From the IMG/VR virus record IMGVR_UViG_3300021426_000005: a DNA stretch of 64,000 bases. One strand, 5' to 3'. The position numbers and the translations under genes are program-made. The stretch comes from a virus (lineage: Duplodnaviria > Caudoviricetes). Below, in pieces: positions 28,798 through 38,031 of this stretch (its first letter is position 1; each line of letters begins with the position of its first letter). The notes beneath the pieces are model-generated. The model worked only from the letters and a program-made list of their open reading frames with translations. It was not told the DNA's origin and searched no databases.

Positions 28798-30147
28798 TCA
28801 GAATTCAATATCATCATCAGCATTAAGATCTGTGTCATCTACAGTCGGCACATCAACGGTAGGAATATCTATATCAGGAGAAATTACCGGTGTCACAGAA
28901 GAACCTACCGAATCATCACCATTCGGAAGATATTGCAGATTTCCTGTATTGATATCCCATGCGTATGAAAACTCAGGCTTCTGGTTATTCGCATTTCGTG
29001 ACTTTTCCAGACGAATATCCAGAACGTGCTTGTCAAATATCTGACGTACTGCGAATACCTGGGTTGCAATTCTTGCCGGATGATCTGAGCCTTCAACGTT
29101 ATAGATATTGGGGAATACTTCACCTTTATCATCTTTGTTGTCTTTAGTAGCTCTATTTGCCTGCATAATAACAACTACTGCACAGCCGCAATCTTTACTC
29201 ATTTTGAACAGTGCGGTACAGAGATTCTTGTACTTGACGTAATCCGTATCACCACGTTTACCGTCACTATCTTCCATATAAGATAAACCATCTATGACAA
29301 CCAGCTTTATTTTATTTTTCCGAACAAAACGTTTCAGAACTGGTACATTTACAACTTCATCAGGGGCATCTTTATCCTCAAGGACAAAAGCACTAGTTTC
29401 TTGTTCTTCCAGATCTTTCAGATATTCATAGTATGCTTCAGTATAATTACCTTGGTGGAGCTTGCTGTTTTCAAAGTTACCTCTCCAGGTATCAAAACGT
29501 GTACCTAAGAAGCTGGCCTGCATTTCGGGCGAATAGTACAACACTGGAAACCCATTCTTTTGAGCAGTTTCCATCATGCGTACACCAATCCAGCTTTTTC
29601 CAGAGTTAGTACGGGCTATCAACAATAACAATTCTTCAACAGTCGAAAGGCCACCATACATGACTTTATCTATTTCAGAAAAACCAGTAGGTATTCTCGC
29701 TTGCTGACTATACTCAATTACCTGTCTACTACGCTTCTTAGCATCCTTGATAAGATCCAAAGGCTGAGTAGATGATAATGCACCGACCTTCTCACATTGC
29801 TTCTCAAGATAAGCCCAAGCATCATCTACATCACCAGCACCTAAGTCTTTGAGCTTATTGAAAGTATCAATGAGCATTATATGACGTTTATTTCGTCTAA
29901 TCTCTTCGGTAAGATATGCTAGTGACTCTCTGACATTTACAAGAGTTACATCTTGAAATTCTGTCTGAAAAGTGAATGGATCAGGTACATTACCATACTG
30001 ATCCTTGTGATGAAGTATGAACTCAATATGCGGTCTAAATATAGAATAATAGGATCCGTCAAATTCACATAAAGTCTCTACTTCAGCAGCATTGTCCGAT
30101 GTAAGGATTTTTGATATAACTTGTAATTCGATTGATGTTACACTCAT
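28798..30147 (-). CDS. dnaB: replicative helicase DnaB-like
   Basis: IPTGF, ARTNSGKS, SPEM, VIDGL, QANR, KSR. Confidence 0.92.
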   Translation of the reverse strand: MSVTSIELQVISKILTSDNAAEVETLCEFDGSYYSIFRPHIEFILHHKDQYGNVPDPFTFQTEFQDVTLVNVRESLAYLTEEIRRNKRHIMLIDTFNKLKDLGAGDVDDAWAYLEKQCEKVGALSSTQPLDLIKDAKKRSRQVIEYSQQARIPTGFSEIDKVMYGGLSTVEELLLLIARTNSGKSWIGVRMMETAQKNGFPVLYYSPEMQASFLGTRFDTWRGNFENSKLHQGNYTEAYYEYLKDLEEQETSAFVLEDKDAPDEVVNVPVLKRFVRKNKIKLVVIDGLSYMEDSDGKRGDTDYVKYKNLCTALFKMSKDCGCAVVVIMQANRATKDNKDDKGEVFPNIYNVEGSDHPARIATQVFAVRQIFDKHVLDIRLEKSRNANNQKPEFSYAWDINTGNLQYLPNGDDSVGSSVTPVISPDIDIPTVDVPTVDDTDLNADDDIEF

Positions 30148-30731
30148 ACTGAGATCACCGCCTCTTCAAACCTAGTTTTTATCCGGTTAAAGAACACTCC
30201 GGATCCAACAAGTGTTGATAGTTTAGGTGAAACCACAATCGTAGTCAGACCGTTGGACATTCTGTCATGTATGATATTCAGTAAAGTCTGAGACTGAAAA
30301 TCCTGAAATTTTACGAAATCCAGATTAGATATAATCAAGATTTTCGCAGTATTGATCCATATCTGAGTATACTCAAGTGATTCTGGTATATCTTTCAATC
30401 CCCAACTCCGTTGAACACTATCTAGATATGCCGAATACTTCAAGTGATAGACATTACAGTGTAATCTATTACCTTGCCAATTTTCACATATACCACAGTA
30501 TGTAAGAAGATTAGCAAGTGTTGAAGTATCATCCGCTATAGTAACCTTTAGCTTATTATCTGCATGAAGAATACGTTGAACTTTGAGAATGTCTTTAGCG
30601 GAACTACCGGGGACATTCCCCTTCAATGAACAGCCATTCCGCTCAAACAGATATGAGGTCTCTACCAGTGACGGACAAGCCTTATCGCATATTGGTAATG
30701 TGCAGAATGGAGCGAAAATACAATTATCCAT
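30144..30731 (-). CDS. degenerate DnaC/IstB-like helicase loader
   Basis: N-terminal Cys cluster and C-terminal IIHDRMSNGLTTIVVS..NRI; no Walker A; Walker B-like LIISNLD. Confidence 0.55.
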   Translation of the reverse strand: MDNCIFAPFCTLPICDKACPSLVETSYLFERNGCSLKGNVPGSSAKDILKVQRILHADNKLKVTIADDTSTLANLLTYCGICENWQGNRLHCNVYHLKYSAYLDSVQRSWGLKDIPESLEYTQIWINTAKILIISNLDFVKFQDFQSQTLLNIIHDRMSNGLTTIVVSPKLSTLVGSGVFFNRIKTRFEEAVISV

Positions 30732-31878
30732 GTCCTATGCACCGCCGTATGATTGGATTTCGGGACCTTAGAAAAGATACCCTCGCAGATATCAACGATT
30801 TTCCAAGTTCAACAGGATCATACCCCCACGAAGCATACTGTTCCGGTGTTGTGAATAAAGTAAGAAACTTCTCAAGAGTACCGTACATCGGATACTTGTG
30901 CTCAATACCAGAATCACGTTCAAGCAACCATCTGCGAACTACATACTCCTTGATAAATTCAGAGGATCTGGGGATAAATTTACTATCAGGAAGTTCATCC
31001 CAGACTGACATGGTATCAAATAATTCTCCGTCAATTTCTATCTGACCATAGAAGCTATTAGCCTTATCATTCATAAATCGAATGAGCTTGTAAAAGTGCG
31101 GATATTCTATGATGTTCTTCCGCACTTGATCTTCTGTATACCCAGAAATCGGCAGTATCACACCTAAATCCGAATCAAAGGATAAATCCCCACATGGTTC
31201 ATACATGATAGCTTTTCTTGTACGGATAAACCTATTTGGGTACAGATTCATGAAGTCTGATTCTGTAAACTTGTTGATGTCGGTGGTAACAGATATTTCG
31301 TTCTGTACTGTGGGGATAATCGGCAATGTAGTGTATATCGTATAACGTTCACCGTCTTTTACCATATCAAGCCAGGGCTTTGTAGGATCAAATCTTGGTA
31401 TGATCGGAGGTCTGAGATATAAATCTTCTTTTGGAGTTTCCACAACAGTAGATACAGAATGCTTCTGATTTATCTTTTCAGAGTTTCCCCCGGATTTAGA
31501 TGTAGTAGAAGATTTCACCTTCTTGGGGATAGAAGTAACCGAAGTTGATGTAGGTGTTGCATTTGATATGTCCCATTCTATCCTTGAAACTGGAACATAT
31601 TTATCACCAAGCATAGTATCTAAGTCATCATCATTTAGTGTCTGAATCTCGTCATACGGTAAGGATAAATCCATATCGCAGGATTCATTAAGCAAAACTA
31701 TAGCTGCGGCTGTATTAAGCATCGAAGCAATTTTCAGCTTAAACGACCTGGAGTTCACATAATGAGCTACCGCATAATCGATAATATCGCTGTGCATTGT
31801 AGATAATTTAGCCTTAAACTTTATGGGATAGTCGAACTTATCCATAAACTGAGAGATTTCAATTTTAGAGCATGACAT
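30724..31878 (-). CDS. hypothetical replication-operon protein
   Basis: 384 aa ORF. Confidence 0.75.
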   Translation of the reverse strand: MSCSKIEISQFMDKFDYPIKFKAKLSTMHSDIIDYAVAHYVNSRSFKLKIASMLNTAAAIVLLNESCDMDLSLPYDEIQTLNDDDLDTMLGDKYVPVSRIEWDISNATPTSTSVTSIPKKVKSSTTSKSGGNSEKINQKHSVSTVVETPKEDLYLRPPIIPRFDPTKPWLDMVKDGERYTIYTTLPIIPTVQNEISVTTDINKFTESDFMNLYPNRFIRTRKAIMYEPCGDLSFDSDLGVILPISGYTEDQVRKNIIEYPHFYKLIRFMNDKANSFYGQIEIDGELFDTMSVWDELPDSKFIPRSSEFIKEYVVRRWLLERDSGIEHKYPMYGTLEKFLTLFTTPEQYASWGYDPVELGKSLISARVSFLRSRNPIIRRCIGHG

Positions 31879-32896
31879 ATGTAAATTCCTCCATATTCTT
31901 CATCTCACCAAGGCCAATCCTATCAAGCACTTCAAGATGATCTCTAAAATCATCATAGATGCTGTATATATCATAGTCCATTACTTCCATATAGGACGCC
32001 ACCATTTCTTGATTAATAGCGACCTGGCAATTACCAACAAAGAAACTTCTGTCAAGTTCGCAAAGCCCTAAATAATAAAGCATATTGTAAAGTATTTCAG
32101 CGGTTTCGGTAGCATATCTGCTATTCTTATTGATTTCGATATCATAAATCTCAAATGGAGTCGCATAATGATCTGTTACATTACTATCCGTTCCCAGAAG
32201 CGAAATCCAGTTATAAAAATCACCAACAAAGGTATCTGTATCACCACACTCCATGTGATATGCGTATGCAATCACAATTGATGGAATCAACTTCTTGAAC
32301 CGTAGAATGGAATATCGGAACTTACAGTTATACCTACGATTGTTTATGAACCTGGCATTATACCAGTCCCAAAGCAGCTTAGTCAGAATGTTTATGTGCT
32401 CAGAGGGATATTTCCTTTTAGCCATTTTGCGGAGGACATCCCCATATTTCTGCATTACATCACGACAGAATGTCTTTGTATAGCCGTTGTCAGATTTAGC
32501 CTTAACTGTAACAGTAGATACAGAATCCCCCGATTCTGTAGGAGTGATGACATCAGCTACAGCAACTTCATCATCTATGACTTCGGAATTACATTCAGCT
32601 GGGTCAGCAGGATGTGTACCAGCAGTTTCTATTCGATCCACACGTTCGCAGAGCTGAAGAATGGCAGATTCGATGCGATCGAGCCTTTCATCATAAAGGT
32701 TAGTTTCCGGTGGTGTGGCTTTGGTGGGCTGAAAACCCAAGAGTTCGCTGATCATATCAGAAATATCATTACAGAGTTGTTGCATATCACTAAACTGACG
32801 TTTAGTAGTCTCATAAAAGGCAGTATTTGACTTCATACTGTCAGAAACGAAATTAGCTACCTTTCTCAGATTAGCTATAGCTGATTGTATGCGCAT
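31865..32896 (-). CDS. hypothetical protein, first in replication operon
   Basis: 343 aa; RBS GGAGTG; class I word upstream. Confidence 0.75.
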   Translation of the reverse strand: MRIQSAIANLRKVANFVSDSMKSNTAFYETTKRQFSDMQQLCNDISDMISELLGFQPTKATPPETNLYDERLDRIESAILQLCERVDRIETAGTHPADPAECNSEVIDDEVAVADVITPTESGDSVSTVTVKAKSDNGYTKTFCRDVMQKYGDVLRKMAKRKYPSEHINILTKLLWDWYNARFINNRRYNCKFRYSILRFKKLIPSIVIAYAYHMECGDTDTFVGDFYNWISLLGTDSNVTDHYATPFEIYDIEINKNSRYATETAEILYNMLYYLGLCELDRSFFVGNCQVAINQEMVASYMEVMDYDIYSIYDDFRDHLEVLDRIGLGEMKNMEEFTYVML

Positions 32897-32956
32897 AAAT
32901 CATCACTCCATGTAAAATATTGAGGGCAGCCGGCCTGTGCTGCCTCGTCTGTAGAT

Positions 32957-32966
32957 AATAACGATT
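32957..32966 (-). promoter_or_regulatory. class I promoter word AATCGTTATT
   Basis: Heads replication operon. Confidence 0.7.
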
Positions 32967-33059
32967 GTCAACTTTCGGGTTTGTTTGGGTGGCATTCAGA
33001 CATCTGACTACACTTTACCCCCTTACTAAAATTGTCTGTTTATGAGAAAAGAAATATGG

Positions 33060-33250
33060 TTTAAGAAAAGGCTGTTATTTCTTTAGTTCTAATTAATTTT
33101 TCTTTTCTAATTAATCGACTAATTAATATTAATTATATATAGCGAACTTGCTTAATTCGCTACAAATTCTTTGTAGTAAAACAAGCATTTTCAATGTCAA
33201 ATTTGTAAAATAAATGGGCTTCAATTTTACTGAAACCCATGAAATTACTG
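33060..33250. other. AT-rich non-coding region, replication origin candidate
   Basis: Three CTAATTAAT copies (33089, 33107, 33119), very low GC, next to replication operon. Confidence 0.45.
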
Positions 33251-33256
33251 AATTTG

Positions 33257-33874
33257 TCAGAGATTTTTCGCTAATTCATTTATCGCATTTTCTTTGTCGG
33301 GATACGGAAGTTCGGCAAGATATTTAATTATATCTCTGAATTTGGATGCCGGATCATTGAATAGTTTCTCACATTCTGACTTCAAAAATTCATACTCGAC
33401 CTGGTTAGGGTCTGATTCAGAAAGTATGTATTTCTGATACTCTGAGTTATAAATATCCCCGTGATGATATTTTTGGTCAGATCGGATGCCATCAGGGATC
33501 CACATTATTGTTTCCCACAGATATGGTGGAGTCAAATCCCGGTTGTAAAGACGCCGCCTACTGAATGACATCATCGTTTCGTACTCATATGTTTTCAGAA
33601 GTTTCGTCAGGTATGTCGGTCTAGATGCCTTAAATGTTCGTACTATAGATCCAATAAAGTGATCGCCATTGTTGTAATCAAGCTGCATATCCGATACTAT
33701 GTGTTTACCACTCTCAAGCTCAGATCTGTGTCCGTTTAGCCTGCGAATGATATCCTTTGACATTCCGACATAGACTTTATCATTGTTGAGATTTTGAATA
33801 ATGTAGATGCCGGATATCTGATATCTAAGACTTGGTATGATAAAGAATCCCATATAGAGATCAACTCCTTTCAT
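33257..33874 (-). CDS. GIY-YIG endonuclease domain protein
   Basis: SGIYIIQN..KVYVGMS..RR..H; likely start at MGFF. Confidence 0.85.
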   Translation of the reverse strand: MKGVDLYMGFFIIPSLRYQISGIYIIQNLNNDKVYVGMSKDIIRRLNGHRSELESGKHIVSDMQLDYNNGDHFIGSIVRTFKASRPTYLTKLLKTYEYETMMSFSRRRLYNRDLTPPYLWETIMWIPDGIRSDQKYHHGDIYNSEYQKYILSESDPNQVEYEFLKSECEKLFNDPASKFRDIIKYLAELPYPDKENAINELAKNL

Positions 33875-33878
33875 CTTC

Positions 33879-33888
33879 AGTAACGATT
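33879..33888 (-). promoter_or_regulatory. class I promoter word variant AATCGTTACT
   Basis: Between terminator and GIY-YIG RBS. Confidence 0.55.
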
Positions 33889-33912
33889 AGTTCTTGCGAT
33901 CACAAATTAAAA

Positions 33913-34020
33913 TAAGCCCACAAATTTGAATTGTGGGCTTAAATATTTGAAATTGATTAAAGAAGATTTTAATTGAAGCTAAAAATACCCTACGGATTTT
34001 AATTTCTCCGTAGGGTATTT
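33913..34020 (-). terminator. tandem terminators (33913-33941 and 33983-34020)
   Basis: Two perfect stems: TAAGCCCACAA/TTGTGGGCTTA and AAATACCCTACGGA/TCCGTAGGGTATTT. Confidence 0.85.
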
Positions 34021-34025
34021 CAATT

Positions 34026-35006
34026 TTATCTTTTCAAATACTTATTGGTATTATGTCTCTGTACTGCACTTATCGCAGCGGCTACCTTGGCTTCCTTCCT
34101 TGCCTGTTCCGCAATCTCATTCTGCTGATATAGAAGTTCATTCTGCATATAGGCATGAGCATTCTGTTCATCAAGAAGTTCATTCTGAGCATCAAGCAAA
34201 GCATTCTGTCTCTGCTGTTCTTGAATTTTGATAGCATCTAAAGCCATTTGTAGTTTGCGATCATACATTTCAATAGCGGTTTTCATATCATAATCAGTTG
34301 TATCCAAAGTTTGTTTTATGAATGATAACGCTTTTTCATTTCTATAGTCTATAGGAATCAACTTTGTTTCTGCGTACAGCTTTTCAAGTTCTTGTTCAGC
34401 TTCATACCGCTTTCCGCTCACAACATCAATTTCATTCTGCCATTTTGAAATAGAAGATAAATGGAATTGTGTCCACTTTTGCTTATCTTCATTGTATTTA
34501 GGCATGATTATGTTATTCCACTCATCTAATTGCTTCTGATATAAAGCATCATTTTCTTGTTGTTTAGCGGTGCGAGAATCTTCTAATCGTTGGCAACGTT
34601 TTTGATATTCAGGGGATTTGGCAATAGTGTCTTTAGTGGCTTGAACCCGGGCTTTGTGTTTCTTGTACTTTTTCCATGCGTACACTGGCCAACCGAACAT
34701 TATCACCAAAATAAGAATCGCTGCAAACGTGGTATCATTCCGAAAAACAAGCCACACAGTAACCCCACACACAACCATTGACGGAAATAATGAATTTCTA
34801 TTGAACTTCTTGTCATAAGTAATCTCTGGTTTAGTTATGGGTGGCTCGACAACCCTTTCTGGTTTTGCTGGAGGATTCTTATATGACTCAGATTTTAATT
34901 CTTCCATCCGTTCCGTTTTGGTTTCCAGTTCTTCATTCAGTTGTCGTAGTTTGGTCGTAAGCATCAAGGCTTTATCAACAACCTGAATTTCATCAGTATT
35001 TCTCAT
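34026..35006 (-). CDS. two-TM coiled-coil membrane protein (moron-like)
   Basis: Two TM helices, Gln-rich coiled coil, own sigmaA-type promoter and double terminator; RBS AAGGAGGT before MRNTD. Confidence 0.8.
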   Translation of the reverse strand: MRNTDEIQVVDKALMLTTKLRQLNEELETKTERMEELKSESYKNPPAKPERVVEPPITKPEITYDKKFNRNSLFPSMVVCGVTVWLVFRNDTTFAAILILVIMFGWPVYAWKKYKKHKARVQATKDTIAKSPEYQKRCQRLEDSRTAKQQENDALYQKQLDEWNNIIMPKYNEDKQKWTQFHLSSISKWQNEIDVVSGKRYEAEQELEKLYAETKLIPIDYRNEKALSFIKQTLDTTDYDMKTAIEMYDRKLQMALDAIKIQEQQRQNALLDAQNELLDEQNAHAYMQNELLYQQNEIAEQARKEAKVAAAISAVQRHNTNKYLKR

Positions 35007-35169
35007 GATAACCTCCTTTGAAATGATCACTCTTTACAAAGCACGAAATTAAAGGTCTGACCGATTCTAATATTATTACTTTTCTTTCATCCACAACATT
35101 CTCTCCAAAAAATATTGATAACAACCAATAAACAATAAACAGTTAGTTAAGTTTTTAGTCGTTATCAAC

Positions 35170-35198
35170 ATTATATCACATATAAAAATAAATGTAAA
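35170..35198 (-). promoter_or_regulatory. sigmaA-type promoter TTTACA-17-TATAAT with extended TG
   Basis: Direct match upstream of the membrane-protein gene. Confidence 0.65.
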
Positions 35199-35281
35199 TA
35201 GGGAATTTTGTCGAAAAATACCACCTGTACTGTGTGCAAAATAACCAATCGAAACTTCGTGGCTTGCTCAATGCAACTTAC

Positions 35282-35482
35282 TTAATCATCAATATACTCC
35301 ATTATGTCACCAGGCTGGCAATTCAGGAGCTTACATAGACGATCAATAATTTCTGAATTGACTGATTCATTATGAATCAGTCGATCTACAGTATTAGCAT
35401 GAATTCCGTTCTTCCTAAGATAACTTTTATTGATGCCCTTTTCATCCATAAGAATGAATAACTTTCTAAATGAAATCGACAT
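35282..35482 (-). CDS. Cro/CI-type HTH repressor (HTH_26/YozG-like)
   Basis: ISFRKL..IDRLCKLLNCQPGDIMEY; RBS GGGAGGTG. Confidence 0.88.
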   Translation of the reverse strand: MSISFRKLFILMDEKGINKSYLRKNGIHANTVDRLIHNESVNSEIIDRLCKLLNCQPGDIMEYIDD

Positions 35483-35504
35483 AGAATCACCTCCCTTCAA
35501 CTCT

Positions 35505-35665
35505 ATTGTACCCGATTGCGTACAAAATGTCAATAGTTTCGATAAAATAATCTGTACGTCAAAATAGACAAATTTTGCCTTGCACTTTTGGGCGTTATGC
35601 CAATTGACAAGTTGTCTATTTTGACGTACAATATTATTAAGATAAGTTGTCTATCACAGTAGACA
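35505..35665. promoter_or_regulatory. genetic switch: divergent sigmaA promoters with four 18-bp TGT-N12-ACA operators
   Basis: TTGACA-17-TACAAT on minus (35533-35505) and plus (35604-35632); operators at 35507, 35553, 35613, 35648. Confidence 0.8.
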
Positions 35666-35685
35666 GCATAAAGGAGGCAATTATA

Positions 35686-36345
35686 ATGAATGAATTCACT
35701 AAGACTTACAGACTGTTCAAAGAAGCCGTAGACTACTATCCTGCCGATATTTCAACATATGAAGGGTGGAGAGAACTTCCGGTAAAGCTCAGAGCTGCTG
35801 GGTTGTTCATACAGTTCTTCGATCAAATAACCCTAGCTTATCAAAAGAATAAGGACAGCTACCCTTTTATAGAAGAAGAAACCGCAGTTTCAACAGTTAT
35901 CCAGTACATCATTAAGAATGTACCAATGATACTCTATCAGGCTAAAAGATACACTCCTGGCTATATGTATAAGGTCACATTCAATGCTATCTACCCACTT
36001 GGTAGGATCAAGCAAGACGTAGCTGCTTATCACAATAGAAGAAGCATCTTCGGTGACTTCATCGGGGAGCGTGGGAGCTACGAACAGACCATAGAAACTG
36101 ATGCAGAAAACAACTTCACTTATGCTGATTTCAACTTTGATTACATCACTACCGAATCTCTGGAAGATGAATTCGATAGACTTGCAGATGAAGCTGAGTT
36201 CTTCAAGATTCTGGAGCAGCTTAGTGATAAGGATCTGGAAATGGTTGAAAAGCTCATCAACAAAGTAAAGTTCACCCGGAATGAAAAGAATCTAGCTAAG
36301 ATCCAGAGAATCCGGGAACTTCTGGAAGCTACTTACAAATGCTGA
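35686..36345 (+). CDS. divergent sigma-factor-like protein 1
   Basis: Region-2-like segment (TAVSTVIQYIIKN..YMYKVTFN), region-4-like C-terminus; paralogue of next gene; RBS AAGGAGG. Confidence 0.55.
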   Translation: MNEFTKTYRLFKEAVDYYPADISTYEGWRELPVKLRAAGLFIQFFDQITLAYQKNKDSYPFIEEETAVSTVIQYIIKNVPMILYQAKRYTPGYMYKVTFNAIYPLGRIKQDVAAYHNRRSIFGDFIGERGSYEQTIETDAENNFTYADFNFDYITTESLEDEFDRLADEAEFFKILEQLSDKDLEMVEKLINKVKFTRNEKNLAKIQRIRELLEATYKC

Positions 36346-36352
36346 AATAACA

Positions 36353-36362
36353 AATCGTTAAA
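36353..36362 (+). promoter_or_regulatory. class I promoter word AATCGTTAAA
   Basis: Upstream of sigma-like 2. Confidence 0.6.
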
Positions 36363-36423
36363 GTAAGCATAGAAACATATCAAAACACATCAACAATTTA
36401 TTTTTTTTGAAAGAGGTATTATT

Positions 36424-37263
36424 ATGAAAGAGTTTAAGGACACATTTAATCTTTTCGGAGAAGCAATAGGATTAACATTCCCTATTGACTATACTACATG
36501 GATGTCAATCCCGAACAGACTCAAAGCGGCAGCCTTATTTGTCAACTTCTATGACCAGATCACACTTGCTTGGACAAAGGCTTGCAGTGAATTCACTGAT
36601 GAGGAGGACGGAGTTTCTACCGTAATGCAGTATTTGCTGAAGAATGTTCCTATTATAATGGACAATCCCAAGAAATTCACTCCGGCATATATCTACAGAG
36701 TAGCATACAACTGCATGGGCTGTCTCAGAAGGGTTCAGAGGGAACAGGATAGATTCGCATACACTGTGTCACAGTTTACTGTTGTCAATGATGACGTACT
36801 GGATCTGTTTGATACGATCATCGGTTCAGACTGCTTTACCGCATCTGAACTTGAAAAACTTAGAATGGAAATGAGGAATATCATATTGAACATGGATAAG
36901 GATACTATTAAAGTAGTTGAGCATCTTCTGGATGGGAAGAAACTTACAAAGAAAGCGGCAGCTAAAGAGCCTGAGATCATGGCTGATCTTCGTAAGACAT
37001 TTGCGAAATACAGATCCACTCTGATTCCAGAGGATAACAGATTTGCTACATTCAAGGATGTGCTGGACTGTGAAGACATCATCGATTCAGCTACCGTAGA
37101 AATGCGTGATGGCGTCAAGGCCGTATACTGCGGCGAAAAAAGAATTTCACCTATCACCGGCAAGACCGAAGTTGTATTCTTCGGACCAGATAGAGATTAT
37201 GTACTTCCGGTAGGCATTGCTGGTGAGCTGGTAGTAACAGAAGTAGAAATGATTGGAGAGTGA
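36424..37263 (+). CDS. divergent sigma-factor-like protein 2 with extra C-terminal domain
   Basis: Clear paralogue (LKAAALFVNFYDQITLA vs LRAAGLFIQFFDQITLA); FTPAYIYRVAYN ECF-like region 2. Confidence 0.55.
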   Translation: MKEFKDTFNLFGEAIGLTFPIDYTTWMSIPNRLKAAALFVNFYDQITLAWTKACSEFTDEEDGVSTVMQYLLKNVPIIMDNPKKFTPAYIYRVAYNCMGCLRRVQREQDRFAYTVSQFTVVNDDVLDLFDTIIGSDCFTASELEKLRMEMRNIILNMDKDTIKVVEHLLDGKKLTKKAAAKEPEIMADLRKTFAKYRSTLIPEDNRFATFKDVLDCEDIIDSATVEMRDGVKAVYCGEKRISPITGKTEVVFFGPDRDYVLPVGIAGELVVTEVEMIGE

Positions 37264-37269
37264 TAGTAG

Positions 37270-37581
37270 ATGATCGAAATTATTACTGGTGGAAGAACTG
37301 TAGGCAAAACGGAGTGTCTTCTTAGGCACTCCGCAGCCCAAAATATACCTATCCTATGTACCAATGCTGAACGTGAAGCGCATCTGCTGGAAATGGCCGA
37401 CAAATTAGGGATACAGATCCCTAAGCCCATAACTTTAGCTCTATACAGTAAGCATCATGGATTCTTTGGAAGCAGTAAGGTTTTCATGGATCAAGTTGAT
37501 AAGATCATGGAAACCATGTTCAACGCCGTTATAATCAAAGGCGTTACTATATCAGACTACCCAGCTGACAGTCAGGAGTAA
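37270..37581 (+). CDS. small P-loop protein
   Basis: GGRTVGKT at N-terminus; KLGIQIPKPIT. Confidence 0.7.
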   Translation: MIEIITGGRTVGKTECLLRHSAAQNIPILCTNAEREAHLLEMADKLGIQIPKPITLALYSKHHGFFGSSKVFMDQVDKIMETMFNAVIIKGVTISDYPADSQE

Positions 37582-37585
37582 ACCT

Positions 37586-37927
37586 ATGATGAACAAAACT
37601 AAAATCAATATCCTAGGTACACCCTATCAAATTCTATTCAAGCAACCGGAAGAAGATACCATGCTGACTGATTTATACGGCTACACAGACCCCATTACTA
37701 AGGTAATCTGTATCGATGCTAAAGATTACATGAACATCATTGACAATGAACTTCACCGCAAAGAAGTTCTACGCCATGAAATTATTCATGCCTTTCTTGC
37801 GGAAAGCGGTCTGGACAACAATGCACATAAGTCTGATCATTGGGCTATTGATGAAGAAATAGTTGACTGGCTTGCTATTCAAGGACCTAAAATCTACAAA
37901 GTATGGACGGAACTAAATATTCTATAA
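37586..37927 (+). CDS. small HExxH zinc metallopeptidase-like protein
   Basis: VLRHEIIHAFL..EE. Confidence 0.75.
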   Translation: MMNKTKINILGTPYQILFKQPEEDTMLTDLYGYTDPITKVICIDAKDYMNIIDNELHRKEVLRHEIIHAFLAESGLDNNAHKSDHWAIDEEIVDWLAIQGPKIYKVWTELNIL

Positions 37928-37931
37928 CAAA

Positions 37932-37997
37932 AGCTCCCACAAATTGTGGGAGCTAACCTTTTATATAAGTAGTTTTCATTTTTAGAGAATCGTTATA
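37932..37997 (+). promoter_or_regulatory. hairpin followed by tandem class II (37954-37965) and class I (37988-37997) promoter words
   Basis: AGCTCCCACA/TGTGGGAGCT stem, TAACCTTTTATA, AATCGTTATA. Confidence 0.75.
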
Positions 37998-38031
37998 GTA
38001 TTTGTAGATTATACGCACCGGGGTGAATATC

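Noticed and set aside
1981-32830. Many plus-strand ORFs antisense to long minus-strand genes (e.g. 14583..15107, 22201..22785)
   Set aside because: Shadow ORFs without recognisable RBS or motifs.
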